From: an uncultured virus (IMG/VR IMGVR_UViG_2667527573_000005)
Lineage: Duplodnaviria > Heunggongvirae > Uroviricota > Caudoviricetes
DNA length: 20,000 bases
IMG/VR virus record: IMGVR_UViG_2667527573_000005
Location: 107,191 to 127,190 of that record
Strand: one strand, 5' to 3'
Each line of letters opens with the position of its first letter. Positions within the stretch are counted from its first letter, which is position 1. The notes under the pieces are model-generated. The model had not been told where the DNA came from. It did no database searches and saw only the letters and a program-made list of their open reading frames with translations. Position numbers and translations under genes: made by a program. Below are positions 1-11,510 of this stretch, piece after piece.

Positions 1-279
1 GTCGGAGCTCTAATCGGTGGAGTAGTTGCTGGTGGAATAGGTGCTATAATAGGTGGGTCATCAGCCAATACAGTAAATCATAAGTATATCAAAAAAGTAG
101 TACTTAAAATAATTAATGACGATTTTAATTGTCCAAATTACTATATAAATTTCTTGCCTTTTAATGAAAAAGGATTTTTAAATTCTGATCCTGTTTGTAT
201 AAACGCTATTAAGGAAGTTGAATATTGGCAAAGTGTTTTTGAATTAGCTATTCATAAAGCAAGTAAAGTCGCTCAATAA
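1..279 (+). CDS. yomJ: 3' end (5'-truncated by window) of YomJ-like membrane protein, putative phage immunity/superinfection-exclusion protein
   Basis: Frame 1 is open from base 1 to TAA 277-279: VGALIGGVVAGGIGAIIGGSSANTVNHKYIKKVVLKI...EYWQSVFELAIHKASKVAQ. It has a glycine-zipper hydrophobic stretch and a C-terminus resembling SPbeta YomJ (recalled ...KKANKVAQ). It lies directly upstream of yomI as in SPbeta. Not in the ORF track. Confidence 0.75.
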   Translation, partial: VGALIGGVVAGGIGAIIGGSSANTVNHKYIKKVVLKIINDDFNCPNYYINFLPFNEKGFLNSDPVCINAIKEVEYWQSVFELAIHKASKVAQ

Positions 280-298
280 TTGGGTGACTTTTTATTTT
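265..298 (+). terminator. Intrinsic terminator overlapping the yomJ stop codon
   Basis: Stem AAAGTCGCTCAA (265-276) / TTGGGTGACTTT (280-291) with two G-U pairs, loop TAA, followed by a T-rich tract. Confidence 0.7.
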
Positions 299-332
299 GC
301 CCTCTCCCCTACTGAAAGGAAGTGATTCTTAC

Positions 333-3300
333 TTGAGTCAAAACCTCAAAATTATACTAACCCCACAAGCTGATACCTCATCTAAAACTGTCGAACAGTT
401 AAATCAGCAAATTAAATCTCTGGAAAAGAAACTCAACTCCCTCAAGCTCAATACGAATATTGATTCTACAACCTTAAAAGCTCTGCAAGAATTCTCCTCA
501 GCTGTCGATGCATATCAGAAAAACCTAAAATCCTATAATCAAACAGTTAGAGAAACCTCAACAGTAATTAAGAATGCTGACGGATCGGTTGAAAAACTCA
601 CCCAGCAATATAAGAAGAATGGTGAAATACTTCAACGCGAAACGAAAATAATCAATAATCGTAATACAGCATTAAAGCAAGAAACTCAAGAGGTTAACAA
701 GCTTACACAGGCCACTGAGAAACTAGGACAGGTTCAAAAAAAGACTGTGCAGAGAAATCTGCAAGGACAACCAACAAAGGTTGTGCAGAAAAATCGCCAC
801 GGATTCGATGATATTGTTTATACAACTGATCCTAAAACTAATTCGACCTCTTCAAAAACTACAACTAATTATGACCAACAAAGGAGAGCAATTGAGCAGC
901 TTAAGCAAGATTTAGAGAAGCTTAGACAGCAAGGTATTGTTACCGATACGACCATCTCATCTCTTGGTCGAAAAATAAACACAGCTCAATCTGCTCAACA
1001 AATTGAAGCACTGCAAAATAGGATAAGGATGTTAGATGATAAATCTGCGGCAGTTGCGAAGAACAATGAATTAAAGAAAACTATTGAATTGTATCAGCGA
1101 CAGGCGCAAGTGAATGTCCAAAACCTAAATACACGGTATGGCAGTTCAATGGGCTCTAGTAATAGACAAGCTGTTCAAGATTATTTGAATGCAGTAAATA
1201 GTCTTAATGTAAGCACTGGAAGCAATAATGTCAGATCACAAATTCAAAGCTTGAATATGCAATTTAGAGAATTAGCCTCCAGCGCTCAAGCAGCTGCTAA
1301 CCAAGCCTCTTCTTATGGAGCAGAACTAACCCAAACCTTCAAAAGCATGTCTACCTATTTAATCTCCGGTTCTTTATTCTATGGGTCTATCTCTGGACTT
1401 AAAGAAATGGTATCCCAGGTTGTTCATATTGATACCCTAATGACGAATATTCGCCGTGTTATGGACGAACCTGATTATAAATTCAATGACCTTCTTCAAA
1501 CTTCAATTGATTTAGGGGATACCCTCTCAAATAAAATTTCAGATATCCTTCAAATGACAGGTGACTTCGGGAGAATGGGCTTTGATGAGAGTGAATTATC
1601 AACTCTTACTAAAACTGCTCAAGTTCTTCAAAATGTCTCCGATTTAACTCCCGATGATACAGTTAATACTCTTACGGCAGCAATGCTCAACTTTAATATT
1701 GCAGCTAATGATTCAATATCAATTGCAGATAAATTAAATGAGGTTGATAATAACTATGCTGTTACAACCCTCGATCTAGCGAATTCTATCCGTAAAGCAG
1801 GTTCAACTGCTTCTACATTCGGGGTCGAGTTAAATGATCTTATTGGTTACACAACCGCAATTGCTAGTACAACACGTGAATCAGGGAATATCGTTGGTAA
1901 CTCTCTAAAGACAATTTTCGCACGAATTGGGAATAATCAAAGCTCAATTAAAGCGTTAGAACAGATCGGTATTTCTGTCAAAACAGCTAGTGGAGAAGCT
2001 AAATCAGCAAGTGATTTAATTAGTGAAGTTGCTGGTAAGTGGGATACGCTTACTGATGCTCAAAAGCAAAATACTTCAATTGGAGTAGCTGGTATTTATC
2101 AGTTATCCCGTTTTAATGCAATGATGAACAACTTCTCTATTGCTCAAAATGCAGCTACAACTGCTGCTAATTCTGCTGGCAGTGCATGGAGTGAACAAGA
2201 AAAATATGCTGATAGCTTGCAAGCAAGGTTAAATACACTTCAAAACAAGTTCACAGAGCTTGCTATAGCTGCTGGTGATGCATTTATTTCGGATGGGCTA
2301 ATCGCTACTACATCAGCTTTAGGTGATCTTCTTGGAGCTATTAGTTCTGTGGTCAAAGGTATTGGGTTCCTTCCAACTGCTTTTATGACAGCCAACTTTG
2401 CATTAGTTGCCTTTAATAAGAATATGAGACTCCTCCAGACTGCAATGGTATTTGGAGCAGGCTCACTAACTGAGACACAACGAGCTGCAATTGGGTTAGA
2501 GGCTGGAATGTCTAGAGCTACTATTGCCACAAGAGTCTTTTCAGTTGCCTGGAAAGGGATGCTTGCCTCCACTGGAGTAGGATTAGTATTTGCAGCGATT
2601 GGATTCGCTTTGGAAAAAGTCATTTCAATGTACTCCGAAGCTAAACAAGCTAGAGAAGAATTTGAAGCCAGTCAGAATACAAGCGTTGAGGCTATAACAA
2701 CAAACAAAGACTCGACTGATAAGTTAATTGCTCAATATAAAGAACTTCAAAAAGCAAAAGAATCAGGTACTTTAAGTTCTGAAAAAGAACAAGAATACCT
2801 TCAAGTAACACAACAACTAGCTCAGACTTTCCCAAATTTAGTTGCAGGATACGATTCACAAGGGCAAGCAATTATTAAAAATAATGACGCCTTACAAGAT
2901 GCCATCAAATATACACAAGAACTAGCCGATCTTAAAAAGAAAGATATTCAAACAGGTGCAAAAGACACTTTTTCTGATAGTTTGAAAGAAATTAAGAGTC
3001 TTCAGGGAGAAATTGATCAATATAAAAAGATGGCTGATACCTACTCCAAAGGTAAAGATTTCTGGTCATACTTCGAGTATCCCTTTGCAGATGACAGTTC
3101 AATTAAAAATAAAGGAATTAAAGCTGAGCAAGAAGTTGTGAATACTTCACAGAAACTAGCTAGCTCACAGTCAAAAATTCGTGAGCAAGTGCTCCAAACT
3201 GTTGATGCTTTCAATTCAGTAAAGATCAATCCAAACCTCTCTAAACAAATTAATGATGCATTTAATAAAATTGATTTTAGCAAGATGGATCCTACAGAAC

Positions 3301-6300
3301 TTGAGTCTTTTTCCATTAATGTAGCAAAATATATGGATGAGATACAAAAGGCTCTACAATCAGGAAACAAAGATAACTTCTCAAGAGCTTCACAAGGACT
3401 AGAACAGCTTATAAATCAAGCTATGAGCGGCAAAGACAAAAATAATGGGCTTGTGCTTTCTTATGGAGATTTAAAGGATGCTATTGACTCAACTAACAGC
3501 TCTGCAAAGAGTGCAAAAGTTACCTGGGATGAAAACGGCGAAGGTGTAGATGCTTTAGGTGAACAAGTAGGCGATCTATCAGATAAGCTCAATGAGGCAA
3601 AAGGCGATTTTGAAGCAATAAAAGGGATCATTGATGAGCTAATTGATTCAAAACAAAACGATGCTGCGATTTCAGTAATGCAAAATGAAGCATATGACAC
3701 GATGGCAGATAACATCTCTCCTTTAAATGAATTGCTTGAGAAAATGGCAGAAGGTAAGAGTATTTCAGCTTCTGAAGCTATGAAGCTAATTCAGAAGGAA
3801 AACGATCTTGCAGACGCTATTTCAATTGAAAATGGTGTTGTGAAAATCAACAGAGATGCAGTTGTTAAGCTACGTGACGCCAAGCTAAAAGCGTACAGTG
3901 ACATGCAGCAGTCTGTTAAGCAGGATCTAATAAATCAAGCTAATGCTTTAAACAAGAAGATTAATATGTATAAATCTGAAGTTAAAGCGATCAAAACTGT
4001 TCAAGATGCTTATAATTTGAAATCAGATCTTGAAAAACAAAAGCAGAAAATTCTTGAGGAAATGAAAAAAGGTAATGGCGGAGCAATTCAATACCTTCCT
4101 AAAACCCAAGAAGATTTAAATCAAGTTACTGACATTACTGATCAACTTGATGAACTTGATAAATTAGCTGATTTAGCCTCCTCTTCTCTATCAGAGACTG
4201 GTACATCAATGGAAGATATGTCTTCATCTGCAGAAAAAGCTTCTGAAGAAGTAAAAACTTCCATGTATGTTGTTGATAAATACAAGGAAGCATTAGAAAA
4301 AGTTAATGCTGAGATTGACAAGTACAACAAGCAGGTCAATGATTATCCAAAATACTCTCAGAAATATCGAGATGCAATTAAGAAAGAAATTAAAGCACTT
4401 CAGCAAAAGAAAAAGCTTATGCAGGAACAAGCTAAGTTGCTTAAAGATCAAATTAAATCCGGTAACATTACTCAATACGGTATTGTAACCTCTACAACTT
4501 CTTCTGGCGGAACCCCCTCCTCAACTGGTGGTTCCTATTCAGGCAAGTACTCAAGCTACATAAATTCAGCAGCTAGTAAATACAATGTTGACCCTGCCCT
4601 TATTGCAGCTGTAATTCAGCAAGAATCAGGGTTTAATGCTAAAGCACGATCTGGTGTAGGTGCCATGGGATTAATGCAACTGATGCCAGCAACAGCGAAA
4701 AGCTTAGGAGTAAATAACGCTTACGATCCTTATCAAAATGTTATGGGTGGAACAAAGTACCTCGCCCAACAGCTTGAAAAGTTTGGCGGTAATGTTGAAA
4801 AAGCATTGGCTGCATATAATGCTGGGCCTGGTAACGTAATTAAATATGGTGGTATCCCTCCTTTTAAAGAAACACAGAATTACGTCAAGAAGATCATGGC
4901 CAACTACAGCAAATCCCTCTCCTCTGCCACTTCTTCAATCGCCAGCTATTATACAAATAATAGCGCTTTTAGGGTAAGCTCCAAATATGGACAGCAGGAA
5001 TCCGGTCTCCGCTCCTCCCCACACAAAGGAACTGATTTTGCTGCAAAAGCAGGTACAGCAATTAAATCTCTTCAAAGTGGTAAAGTCCAAATTGCTGGCT
5101 ACAGTAAAACTGCAGGTAACTGGGTTGTTATTAAACAGGATGATGGAACAGTTGCCAAGTACATGCACATGCTTAACACTCCTTCTGTAAAAGCAGGTCA
5201 ATCAGTTAAAGCCGGTCAAACTATTGGTAAAGTTGGTAGCACAGGGAACTCGACTGGGAACCACCTTCATTTACAGATCGAACAAAATGGAAAAACAATC
5301 GATCCTGAAAAGTACATGCAAGGTATTGGAACTTCTATTTCAGATGCGTCACAAGCTGAGGCAGAACGGCAACAAGGGATAGCTCAGGCTAAATCTGATC
5401 TTCTCTCCCTCCAAGGAGATATCAGTTCAGTCAATGATCAGATTCAAGAACTTCAGTATGAACTAGTTCAATCCAAACTCGATGAGTTTGATAAAAGAAT
5501 TGGGGATTTTGATGTTCGGATAGCTAAAGATGAATCAATGGCTAACCGATACACTTCTGACAGCAAGGAATTCCGCAAATACACCTCTGATCAGAAAAAA
5601 GCTGTTGCAGAACAAGCTAAAATCCAACAACAAAAAGTTAATTGGATTCAAAAAGAAATAAAAACAAATAAAGCATTAAACTCCGCTCAACGTGCCCAGC
5701 TTCAAGAAGAGCTTAAACAAGCCAAGCTAGATTTAATTTCTGTTCAAGATCAGGTTCGTGAGCTACAGAAGCAACTTGTCCAATCTAAAGTTGATGAGAC
5801 GCTTAAGTCAATTGAAAAGTCATCTTCTAAAACCCAAGGGAAAATTAAAGATGTTGATAATAAAATTTCAATGACTGAAGAAGATGAGGACAAGGTTAAG
5901 TACTATAGCAAGCAGATAAAGCTCATTCAGCAACAACAAAAGGAAGCCAAAAAATATATCAAACAGCTTGAAGAGCAAAAGAAAGCTGCGAAAGGTTTCC
6001 CTGACATCCAGGAACAGATCACTGAAGAAATCGAAAACTGGAAAGATAAACAGAAAGATTTTAACCTTGAGCTTTATAACACCAAGAAGTCGATCAAGGA
6101 TATCTATAAATCATTGGCTGATGAAGTTGTATCCATCTACAAAGAGATGTACGAAAAAATGCGGGATATTGAGTTAGAAGCCCATCAGAAAGCGACACAA
6201 GATAAGATTGATGAGATCGACAAAGAAGACGAAGAAGCTAAATATCAAAAGGAATTGAAGGAGAAAAACCAAGCAATACAGGAAACAAAAGATAAGATCA

Positions 6301-7175
6301 GTAAACTTTCCATGAACGACTCCTCTGAGGCTAAATCGCAAGTCAAAGACCTAGAGAAACAACTTCAAGAACAACAGGAAGCTTTGGATGAGTATATAAA
6401 AGATCGTAGCAACACAAAACGGAAAGAAGCCCTTCAAGATCAGCTTGATAAAGATGAAGAATCAATTAACAACAAGTACGATGACCTGGTAAATGATGAA
6501 CGAGCATTCAAAAAGCTTGAAGATAAGCTTATGGATGGTAAAATCACTGATATCGCTAAACAGCTTAATGAATTCACCAAGTTCATTAACGAGAATATGA
6601 AGTCGATTGGGAAAAGTATTTCCAATAACTTGATTGATAAGCTTAAGGACGCTGCCAGTGCATTAAATACCGTTACAACTGGAAATACAACAGGTAAAAA
6701 GGTGTCATCATTTGCTTCTGGTGGATATACAGGCACAGGACTTGGAGCAGGAAAGCTTGCATTCTTACATGACAAGGAACTTATTTTAAACAAGACAGAT
6801 ACTGAAAACATGCTGGAAGCTGTGAAACAAGTTCGTCAAACGTCCACTGATAATTCAGTAAAGACTACCTCTAAATGGGGTCAACCTGGTAAAATTTCAG
6901 ATGTTTTAAGTAAGAGTATTTCTCTTGTTACACCAGCAATGAACGCTGCAGTTACTAGTCAAACAAGTCTAACTAAAGGCTTAATTCCAACTCTTAAGAA
7001 CTTCTCGACACCTACTGTAACCCCTTCTACACCTCAAGGAAATACATCAAACAATCAGAACTCATTCACAATTAATGTAACAGAAGCTAGTAATGCTAAA
7101 GAAACTGCAAGCTTAGTGTACAAACAATTAGCAAATGGTCTTAAAAATACTGGACTGAATTTCAACATAACATGA
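333..7175 (+). CDS. cwlP: Tail tape measure protein with lytic transglycosylase (SLT) and M23 peptidase domains (CwlP/YomI), about 2280 aa
   Basis: Likely start is TTG at 333 after SD AAAGGAAGTG (315-324), not 297. Contains the TP901-type tape-measure core, long coiled coils and hydrophobic segments (about 2360-2612). SLT motifs VIQQESG (Glu at 4623-4625), [10 protein letters not shown] and ALAAYNAG. M23 motifs HKGTD and HLH. N-terminus [18 protein letters not shown] matches SPbeta YomI. Confidence 0.95.
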   Translation: MSQNLKIILTPQADTSSKTVEQLNQQIKSLEKKLNSLKLNTNIDSTTLKALQEFSSAVDAYQKNLKSYNQTVRETSTVIKNADGSVEKLTQQYKKNGEILQRETKIINNRNTALKQETQEVNKLTQATEKLGQVQKKTVQRNLQGQPTKVVQKNRHGFDDIVYTTDPKTNSTSSKTTTNYDQQRRAIEQLKQDLEKLRQQGIVTDTTISSLGRKINTAQSAQQIEALQNRIRMLDDKSAAVAKNNELKKTIELYQRQAQVNVQNLNTRYGSSMGSSNRQAVQDYLNAVNSLNVSTGSNNVRSQIQSLNMQFRELASSAQAAANQASSYGAELTQTFKSMSTYLISGSLFYGSISGLKEMVSQVVHIDTLMTNIRRVMDEPDYKFNDLLQTSIDLGDTLSNKISDILQMTGDFGRMGFDESELSTLTKTAQVLQNVSDLTPDDTVNTLTAAMLNFNIAANDSISIADKLNEVDNNYAVTTLDLANSIRKAGSTASTFGVELNDLIGYTTAIASTTRESGNIVGNSLKTIFARIGNNQSSIKALEQIGISVKTASGEAKSASDLISEVAGKWDTLTDAQKQNTSIGVAGIYQLSRFNAMMNNFSIAQNAATTAANSAGSAWSEQEKYADSLQARLNTLQNKFTELAIAAGDAFISDGLIATTSALGDLLGAISSVVKGIGFLPTAFMTANFALVAFNKNMRLLQTAMVFGAGSLTETQRAAIGLEAGMSRATIATRVFSVAWKGMLASTGVGLVFAAIGFALEKVISMYSEAKQAREEFEASQNTSVEAITTNKDSTDKLIAQYKELQKAKESGTLSSEKEQEYLQVTQQLAQTFPNLVAGYDSQGQAIIKNNDALQDAIKYTQELADLKKKDIQTGAKDTFSDSLKEIKSLQGEIDQYKKMADTYSKGKDFWSYFEYPFADDSSIKNKGIKAEQEVVNTSQKLASSQSKIREQVLQTVDAFNSVKINPNLSKQINDAFNKIDFSKMDPTELESFSINVAKYMDEIQKALQSGNKDNFSRASQGLEQLINQAMSGKDKNNGLVLSYGDLKDAIDSTNSSAKSAKVTWDENGEGVDALGEQVGDLSDKLNEAKGDFEAIKGIIDELIDSKQNDAAISVMQNEAYDTMADNISPLNELLEKMAEGKSISASEAMKLIQKENDLADAISIENGVVKINRDAVVKLRDAKLKAYSDMQQSVKQDLINQANALNKKINMYKSEVKAIKTVQDAYNLKSDLEKQKQKILEEMKKGNGGAIQYLPKTQEDLNQVTDITDQLDELDKLADLASSSLSETGTSMEDMSSSAEKASEEVKTSMYVVDKYKEALEKVNAEIDKYNKQVNDYPKYSQKYRDAIKKEIKALQQKKKLMQEQAKLLKDQIKSGNITQYGIVTSTTSSGGTPSSTGGSYSGKYSSYINSAASKYNVDPALIAAVIQQESGFNAKARSGVGAMGLMQLMPATAKSLGVNNAYDPYQNVMGGTKYLAQQLEKFGGNVEKALAAYNAGPGNVIKYGGIPPFKETQNYVKKIMANYSKSLSSATSSIASYYTNNSAFRVSSKYGQQESGLRSSPHKGTDFAAKAGTAIKSLQSGKVQIAGYSKTAGNWVVIKQDDGTVAKYMHMLNTPSVKAGQSVKAGQTIGKVGSTGNSTGNHLHLQIEQNGKTIDPEKYMQGIGTSISDASQAEAERQQGIAQAKSDLLSLQGDISSVNDQIQELQYELVQSKLDEFDKRIGDFDVRIAKDESMANRYTSDSKEFRKYTSDQKKAVAEQAKIQQQKVNWIQKEIKTNKALNSAQRAQLQEELKQAKLDLISVQDQVRELQKQLVQSKVDETLKSIEKSSSKTQGKIKDVDNKISMTEEDEDKVKYYSKQIKLIQQQQKEAKKYIKQLEEQKKAAKGFPDIQEQITEEIENWKDKQKDFNLELYNTKKSIKDIYKSLADEVVSIYKEMYEKMRDIELEAHQKATQDKIDEIDKEDEEAKYQKELKEKNQAIQETKDKISKLSMNDSSEAKSQVKDLEKQLQEQQEALDEYIKDRSNTKRKEALQDQLDKDEESINNKYDDLVNDERAFKKLEDKLMDGKITDIAKQLNEFTKFINENMKSIGKSISNNLIDKLKDAASALNTVTTGNTTGKKVSSFASGGYTGTGLGAGKLAFLHDKELILNKTDTENMLEAVKQVRQTSTDNSVKTTSKWGQPGKISDVLSKSISLVTPAMNAAVTSQTSLTKGLIPTLKNFSTPTVTPSTPQGNTSNNQNSFTINVTEASNAKETASLVYKQLANGLKNTGLNFNIT

Positions 7176-7200
7176 GTCGGCTAAAGCCGGCTCTTTTTAT
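7174..7200 (+). terminator. Intrinsic terminator-like hairpin between cwlP and yomH
   Basis: GAGTCGGC (7174-7181), loop TAAA, GCCGGCTC (7186-7193), then TTTTTAT. Confidence 0.7.
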
Positions 7201-7215
7201 ATTGGGGGTGAAAAA

Positions 7216-7977
7216 TTGATTAGACAGAGCCAATATTTCCTGTTTGACAACGAAAAGTCCATTGACTACGGAGTGGAAAACGTTAATACAGAGTCTGGGT
7301 TAGTTGAGGAATCTTTTTTGGGTTCACGATCAGTTAATGAAACTTATGTAAAAGGAAGATCAGAGCCGTACACTGAAGGTGTCAAAAGAGAAGCAAAACA
7401 ATTTCCTTTAAACTTTTATGTTGGTGAAAATTATGATGAGAAAAAAATAAGAGCAATTAAGCGCTGGCTAGATGTTGATGATTACAAGCCCTTAGCTTTC
7501 AGTGAAAATTTAGACATTGTGTATTATGCAATGCCCGTAGATACCAGTGATCTAGTCCATAATGCGGCTAGACATGGATATGTTCGTTTGACAATGAAAT
7601 GCAACTCCCCTTATGCATATAGTCGAAACACAAGTACTCATTCCTTTGATATATCATCAGGAATGAAAACCATTGAACTCCATAACAAAGGCGATGTTGC
7701 GATTTACCCTACTGTTGAAATTCTTAAAATTGGCGACGGCGATGTAAAAATCGAGAACCTGAGTGATTATACTGATCCCTTTATATTCAGCAATCTAAAA
7801 GACAGAGAAATTGTTAAAGTGAATGGTGATAAAGAAATAATCGAGTCGACTTTATATGGGAATGAAAGATATGATGATTTCAATGACAATTATATTAGAT
7901 TGGATTACGGAAAAAACCGATTAAAAGTGACTGGAAAATGCAAACTGAGACTCACTTTCAGATTTAAGTATCGGTAA
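7216..7977 (+). CDS. yomH: Siphophage distal tail (Dit-like) protein YomH
   Basis: 253 aa, TTG start after SD GGGGTG. Directly follows the tape measure gene. Dit-like features (C-x-SPYAYS, HNKGDVAIYP, GKNRLKV). Size and position match SPbeta yomH. Confidence 0.85.
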   Translation: MIRQSQYFLFDNEKSIDYGVENVNTESGLVEESFLGSRSVNETYVKGRSEPYTEGVKREAKQFPLNFYVGENYDEKKIRAIKRWLDVDDYKPLAFSENLDIVYYAMPVDTSDLVHNAARHGYVRLTMKCNSPYAYSRNTSTHSFDISSGMKTIELHNKGDVAIYPTVEILKIGDGDVKIENLSDYTDPFIFSNLKDREIVKVNGDKEIIESTLYGNERYDDFNDNYIRLDYGKNRLKVTGKCKLRLTFRFKYR

Positions 7978-7989
7978 GAAGGTGAAAAA

Positions 7990-10632
7990 TTGATAACTAT
8001 TCGCAAGGATACAGAGATAAAAAACATACGCTTATCCCTTGCTAAGCCAGATAAGACTAAAATAGCCAACATTGATGAAGTTCTGAATCCAACTGTAACT
8101 TTAAATCATGGGAGCAGCGTTCACGAACTCTCCTTCTCTATTCCGCTTAAGGCCACCTATGATGGGGTCATTAAAAGGAATCATGTTGTAGATTTACTAA
8201 AACCCTGGTACCTAATTAAAACTGAGTTTTATGGGCTTTCGATTTGGTTTATTATCACAAAAAGAACCAAGTCTTTCAGCAGTGAAATGGATACTGTACA
8301 AGTTGAGTGTAGATCTCTTCAACATGAATTGAGCAGAATAAGCGTTCTTAAATATGAGGAGACATCTAAAAATCTCCAGGAAGTAGTTACAGATTGTTTA
8401 AAGAATACCAGTTGGACGGTTGGATACATAGATACTCTCTTTAACGTAAAACGAAGACAGTTTGATGTATCATCAACTAACAAGCTTGATTTTTTATATT
8501 CAATCTGCGAGAAGTTCGATGCAGTTCCAGTCTTTGATACAGTAAAAGAAACTGTAAGCTTTTATAAAGAATCAGACATTTCGAAATACAAAGGCCTTAA
8601 ACTGAACCCTCGGCAATATATGATTAGCATGGACGATTCTGATGATGCAGACGAATTGGTAACAAGACTGTATGCTACTGGAAAAGATGGAATAAGTATT
8701 AATTCAGTGAACCCGACTGGCCAATCGTACATTGATGATTTCTCTTATTTCCTCTTCCCCTTTCAACGTGACGAACAACGAAATGTAATTTCCCACAGTG
8801 CCTATATGCCAGATGAACTTTGTCATGCAATTCTTGATTATAATGATCTTGTTAATAGCGAAGGAAATGCGTTTAATAAGCTTCTCACCCAAAAGAACGA
8901 AGCTGAAACTGGTTTAACCGAATTGAATAATGAGCTTTACACACTTGATCTAGAAGTCCAAAAGTTATTAGATCGAATTGAAGTTGCGAAGAAAGCTGGA
9001 GATGACACAAGTCAACTAAAAGCTCAACTTGCCGTAAAGCAGAAAGCAGTTGCAGAAAAGAAAAACCAAATTGCTACGATTGAATCAACAATTTCTCAAA
9101 TATCTGCTTCAATTTCTAAGCTTAAAGAAAAGCTTTCTTTTGAGAACAATTTTAGTGAAAATCAGCAAAAACTGCTCTCACGTTTCATTTCGACAACTGA
9201 GTGGTCAAATGACAGCATCTATGATGAGAATGAACTTTATGATGATGCCAACGAAGAACTTGAAAGTCGTAATACACCACCAGTGAATGTAACACTCGAT
9301 ATTGTTAACTTTTTTAACTGTATTAGTGAAAAACATAACTGGGATAGGTTCAGTTTAGGAGACATAGTACGAGTTCAACAGAATGATTTAAATACCGATA
9401 TTAAAGCCATACTTTCAGCAATAACAATTGATTTTGAGCAATCAAATATTAGTGTCACAGTTACAAATGGAAAAAGAGTTCAATCTGATTTTGAGAAAAT
9501 CATTAAGACTGTTTACAGAACAAACAAAATAAGTACTGAATTAAACAAAAGAAAGATTGAATGGGACAAAGTCACTGAAAACTTCAATATCCGAAATGAC
9601 AGAATCTCAGTACAGCCGGCCCCTCCTGCCATTGCTTCTGATGGCACTGCAATTACCCACAAGGTAAATGATAACGGTTCAGTTGATATTACCATTCAGT
9701 GGGACTATGTTTATTCCGATGAGGACAAATACAACATTGATGGATTTGAGGTTTATTTGCATGGCAGTGATGACAATGAGGAGTACACATTTGGCTCTGT
9801 GCAAGCTAGTGAGAACTTACAAAATGTTAAATATGACAGACGTACAGCCACTTTTACCGGATTACCTTCAAATATGTACTACACTATTGGTGTCCAAGCA
9901 TATCGAAGAGTAGATGCAGATATAGATATAAATCAGATTCTTCTTTCGGATATAGTTAAATCAAGCCATCCTTCTGAAAACCCCTACCTCCCTTCTCCTT
10001 CAATTGAAGTAAAAGGAAGCCTTAGTGGAAAAGTTAACGGTCTCTATACAATCTCCACGGAAGCTAAGCCAGAAGATCCAGAAACTGGGACAATTTGGAT
10101 TGACCCAAAGACTAATAAACAGGAACTGTTTAACGGAGAGGAATGGATTGTCTCATCTGCAGGATCAGCAGACTCCTTGAATGGTTTTCCTGCTTCTACA
10201 TCAACTTCCCCAAACTCAATCCCCGTTCGAAATGAATCAGGGATAATTAGTGGTTCAATAGATGGTAATGCAGAGATGTTAGGTGGACGGGCAGCATCTG
10301 ATTATGTATTAGTTGAAGATATCCTCACTCCCCCAAAGTTTGCAAAGGGTTCTTATATAGGTGACGGTACTCCAAGTAAAGCAATCCCACTCACCTTTAC
10401 TCCCGATTTGGTAAAAATAACTCCAATTTCAACCGAGGACAGTCAACTTGTTATTGAAAGCACTTCGGGCGGTTATACCTATCAGGTAACTTCAACCGGA
10501 TTATCCTTAAAAGGCGGAGATACAGGTTACGGCGCTTTAGGCAACTTCATGTTTATTACAGGAGCAGATAGCAATTTTAGGGGCAATAAATTAAACGTTA
10601 AATATATCTGGGAAGCTTATCAACAAAATTAA
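7990..10632 (+). CDS. yomG: Tail tip/Tal-like (prophage tail endopeptidase-like N-terminus) protein with coiled coil and FN3-like domain, YomG
   Basis: 880 aa, TTG start after [18 protein letters not shown] and LGDIVRV motifs typical of phage tail-spike/endopeptidase family. Central coiled coil. FN3-like segment (ITIQWDY...GFEVY...[18 protein letters not shown]). Position after Dit. Confidence 0.85.
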   Translation: MITIRKDTEIKNIRLSLAKPDKTKIANIDEVLNPTVTLNHGSSVHELSFSIPLKATYDGVIKRNHVVDLLKPWYLIKTEFYGLSIWFIITKRTKSFSSEMDTVQVECRSLQHELSRISVLKYEETSKNLQEVVTDCLKNTSWTVGYIDTLFNVKRRQFDVSSTNKLDFLYSICEKFDAVPVFDTVKETVSFYKESDISKYKGLKLNPRQYMISMDDSDDADELVTRLYATGKDGISINSVNPTGQSYIDDFSYFLFPFQRDEQRNVISHSAYMPDELCHAILDYNDLVNSEGNAFNKLLTQKNEAETGLTELNNELYTLDLEVQKLLDRIEVAKKAGDDTSQLKAQLAVKQKAVAEKKNQIATIESTISQISASISKLKEKLSFENNFSENQQKLLSRFISTTEWSNDSIYDENELYDDANEELESRNTPPVNVTLDIVNFFNCISEKHNWDRFSLGDIVRVQQNDLNTDIKAILSAITIDFEQSNISVTVTNGKRVQSDFEKIIKTVYRTNKISTELNKRKIEWDKVTENFNIRNDRISVQPAPPAIASDGTAITHKVNDNGSVDITIQWDYVYSDEDKYNIDGFEVYLHGSDDNEEYTFGSVQASENLQNVKYDRRTATFTGLPSNMYYTIGVQAYRRVDADIDINQILLSDIVKSSHPSENPYLPSPSIEVKGSLSGKVNGLYTISTEAKPEDPETGTIWIDPKTNKQELFNGEEWIVSSAGSADSLNGFPASTSTSPNSIPVRNESGIISGSIDGNAEMLGGRAASDYVLVEDILTPPKFAKGSYIGDGTPSKAIPLTFTPDLVKITPISTEDSQLVIESTSGGYTYQVTSTGLSLKGGDTGYGALGNFMFITGADSNFRGNKLNVKYIWEAYQQN

Positions 10633-10646
10633 CGGAGGTGATTAAA

Positions 10647-11468
10647 CTGGCGGATTTTGCTGAATTATACAATGACCCGATACTAAGTAAAAAGAGAATA
10701 GGTTCAGTTGAAGACCCGTACCTAACTTACAATGAAACATTAACAATATTTAATGGAAGAGCACTCCTAACTGAGATTCCGAACAGAGAATTTCGTGTTG
10801 AAGTTACTGGGGACAATAAGGAATGGCGAGAGATTGAAGATGGAGAACTTGACGACAACTATTTTAAGGTTGATTACCTTATGGGAGTGGTCTTTTTTAA
10901 TGCCTCAAACGAAGGAAAATCGCTTACCTTCAATTACAGTGGCGAAGGAGCTTCCTTCTTTCCCGCCTCTCGAATTTGGATAAAGCGTCAAGGGAATATG
11001 GTAATTGAAACTCTACAAGGGCTTATTGATGAAGCTGAAGATGCAATAATTCGAATGAATGAACGGATTGCTGAATGTGAACGTGTTACAAAGCGATGTA
11101 TTGAAATAACTAAATGGTGCAGAGAAGCTACATCCGATTATGAATATGTTGTTGAAAACACAAGGAAAATTTATAAGCCTTCAGTTTATACATACGCCGA
11201 TATTATTACAACATATCCAAACCCGCTCATTGGCTGGACTGTTGCAGTTAAAGAAACAAAAACAGTCTATAGGTGGGATGGATTTGACTGGGTAGACATT
11301 GGTACTTCAGAAGTATATGAAGGTTTCAATATTTTATTAAGTGCTGTCGAACCGTTTAGTACAAATTATATATGGTATCAAGATGAAGGCTTGGTACCTG
11401 AAAAACAAAGAGTAATCATATCAAATGTTGCACCTGAATCAGGTATGGTTTGGTATGAAATTGATTAG
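10647..11468 (+). CDS. yomF: Baseplate/tail structural adaptor protein YomF (273 aa from a CTG start)
   Basis: The ORF-track GTG (10638) lies inside the SD GGAGGTG (10634-10640). The in-frame CTG at 10647 is correctly spaced and gives (M)ADFAELYNDP. Contains a coiled coil and phage fibre-type motifs (YPNPLIGWTV...VYRWDGFDW). Synteny with SPbeta yomF. Confidence 0.8.
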   Translation: MADFAELYNDPILSKKRIGSVEDPYLTYNETLTIFNGRALLTEIPNREFRVEVTGDNKEWREIEDGELDDNYFKVDYLMGVVFFNASNEGKSLTFNYSGEGASFFPASRIWIKRQGNMVIETLQGLIDEAEDAIIRMNERIAECERVTKRCIEITKWCREATSDYEYVVENTRKIYKPSVYTYADIITTYPNPLIGWTVAVKETKTVYRWDGFDWVDIGTSEVYEGFNILLSAVEPFSTNYIWYQDEGLVPEKQRVIISNVAPESGMVWYEID

Positions 11469-11494
11469 AAGGAGAATCTACTAGTCTCTTTTTT
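11469..11494 (+). terminator. Weak terminator-like hairpin between yomF and the tail spike gene
   Basis: AAGGAGA (11469-11475) / TCTCTTT (11485-11491) followed by further Ts. Stem is short and weak. Confidence 0.3.
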
Positions 11495-11510
11495 AACTTG
11501 GAGGAATTAG

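Noticed and set aside
297..332. ORF-track start of cwlP at 297
   Set aside because: No SD upstream, it overlaps the terminator tail, and the SD at 315-324 points to TTG 333.
2240..6811. Short antisense and alternate-frame ORFs inside cwlP (2240-2623, 3041-3370, 3461-3715, 4142-4339, 4293-4475, 4306-4488, 4935-5201, 4987-5190, 5968-6177, 6440-6811)
   Set aside because: Fully nested in a long conserved gene, with no recognisable motifs. Composition is typical of shadow frames.
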